From Nemertoderma westbladi (Eukaryota > Animalia > Xenacoelomorpha), in the NCBI GenBank assembly GCA_032718475.1, contig JAUCBJ010000635.1, forward strand, positions 1 to 34,492: 34,492 nt of DNA. The letters are read 5' to 3'. Of this stretch, positions 33,323 through 34,492 are shown in pieces. A model generated the notes under the pieces. It did no database searches. It was not told the origin of the DNA and saw only the letters and a list, made by a program, of their open reading frames with translations. The translations under genes were made by a program, and so were the position numbers. Every line of letters starts with the position of its first letter. The first letter of the stretch is position 1.

Positions 33323-34492
33323 ATCCCAAATAGTCCTTAATAAGTCTTAAATTTGACTCAAATAGGTTGTTTGTGTCCCATATAGGGTGTTTGTGTCCCG
33401 TATAGGGTGTGAAGTGCTTATAAGGATTTCGAATAGTTTCGAAATGTAATGGAATACCCAAAAGAATATAGAATTCACTATCATAGCTTTCATTTAAATT
33501 TGTCCCAAATAGGTTGTTTGTGTCCCATATAGGGTGTTTGTGTCCCATATAGGGTGTTTGTGTCCCATATAGGGTGTTTGTGTCCCAAATAGCGTATGAC
33601 TTTCTCAAAATGATTTTACGTAGTTTATAAATATAATGGAAATACTCAAAAGAAAATAGAATCCACTATCATAGCTTTAATTTAAATTTGTCCCAAATAG
33701 GTTGTTTATGTCCCATATAGGGTGTTTGTGTCCGGTATAGGGTGTGAAGTGCTTATAATGATTTCAAATAGTTTCGAAATGTAATGGAATACCCAAACGA
33801 ATATAGAATTCACTATCATAGCTTTCATTTAAATTTGTCCCAAATACCGGTATGTTTGTGTCCCATATAGGGTGTTTGTGTCCCATATAGGGTGTTTGTG
33901 TCCCAAATAGCGTGTCACTTTCTCCAAATGATTTTAAATAGTTTCTAAATCTCATGGAATACTCAAAAGAATATATAATTTAATACCATAGCTTTAATTT
34001 CAATTTGTCCCAAATAGGTTGCTTTTGTCCCATATAGGGTGTTTGTGTCCCGTATAGGGTGTGAATTGCGTATAATGATTTCAAATATTTTATAAATGTA
34101 ATGGAATACTCAAAAGAATATAGAATTCACTATCATAGCTTTAATTTAAATTTGTCCCAAATAGGTTGTTTATGTCCCATATAGGGTGTTTGTGTCCCAT
34201 ATAGGGTGTTTGTGTCCCAAATAGCGTGTGACTTTCTCAAAATGATTTTACATAGTTTATAAATATAATGGAATACTCAAAAGAAAATATAATTCAGTAT
34301 CATAGCTTTAATTTAAATTTGTCCCAAATAGGTTGTTTTTGTGTCCCAAATAGCATATGACTTTCTCAAAATGATTTTACATAGTTTATAAATATAATGG
34401 AATAATAAAAAAAATATTTTTTCTTTATAAACTATGTAAAATCACTTTGAGAAAGTCACACGCCATTTGGGACACAAACACCCTATATGGGA
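33323..34492. repeat. Complex satellite / foldback-type element: 20-bp subunits plus alternating A/B spacers, inverting at about 34410
   Basis: (GTCCCATATAGGGTGTTTGT)2-4 blocks separated by related spacers of about 100 bp, giving a period of about 315-335 bp; 34424-34492 is the reverse complement of the preceding unit. Confidence 0.92.

Overview
AT-rich, intron-containing animal (probably invertebrate) genomic DNA, not prokaryotic. Four host genes are recognisable. (1) The first four coding exons of an animal type I polyketide synthase (KS domain with the DSACSSS active site), minus strand, running off the left edge. (2) An intronless 914-aa Patched-domain/PTCHD3-like sterol-sensing RND transporter, minus strand. 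(3) An intronless testis-specific Ser/Thr kinase (TSSK), plus strand, head-to-head with it. (4) The last two coding exons of ATG2, minus strand, which the ORF track misses. The rest is largely transposon-derived: a decayed CR1/L2-type LINE split by an Ac-like hAT element (8-bp TSD); a 20/21-bp minisatellite with higher-order structure; a three-level nest (piggyBac > Tc1/mariner > Mutator-like) plus a CRE-type retroelement remnant inside the last ATG2 intron; several MITEs; and a foldback-type satellite at the right edge. The most interesting hypothesis is that the co-oriented PKS and Patched-type transporter form a small animal biosynthesis/export cluster, analogous to mycobacterial pks-mmpL pairs. 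All family assignments are from recalled motifs, not database searches.
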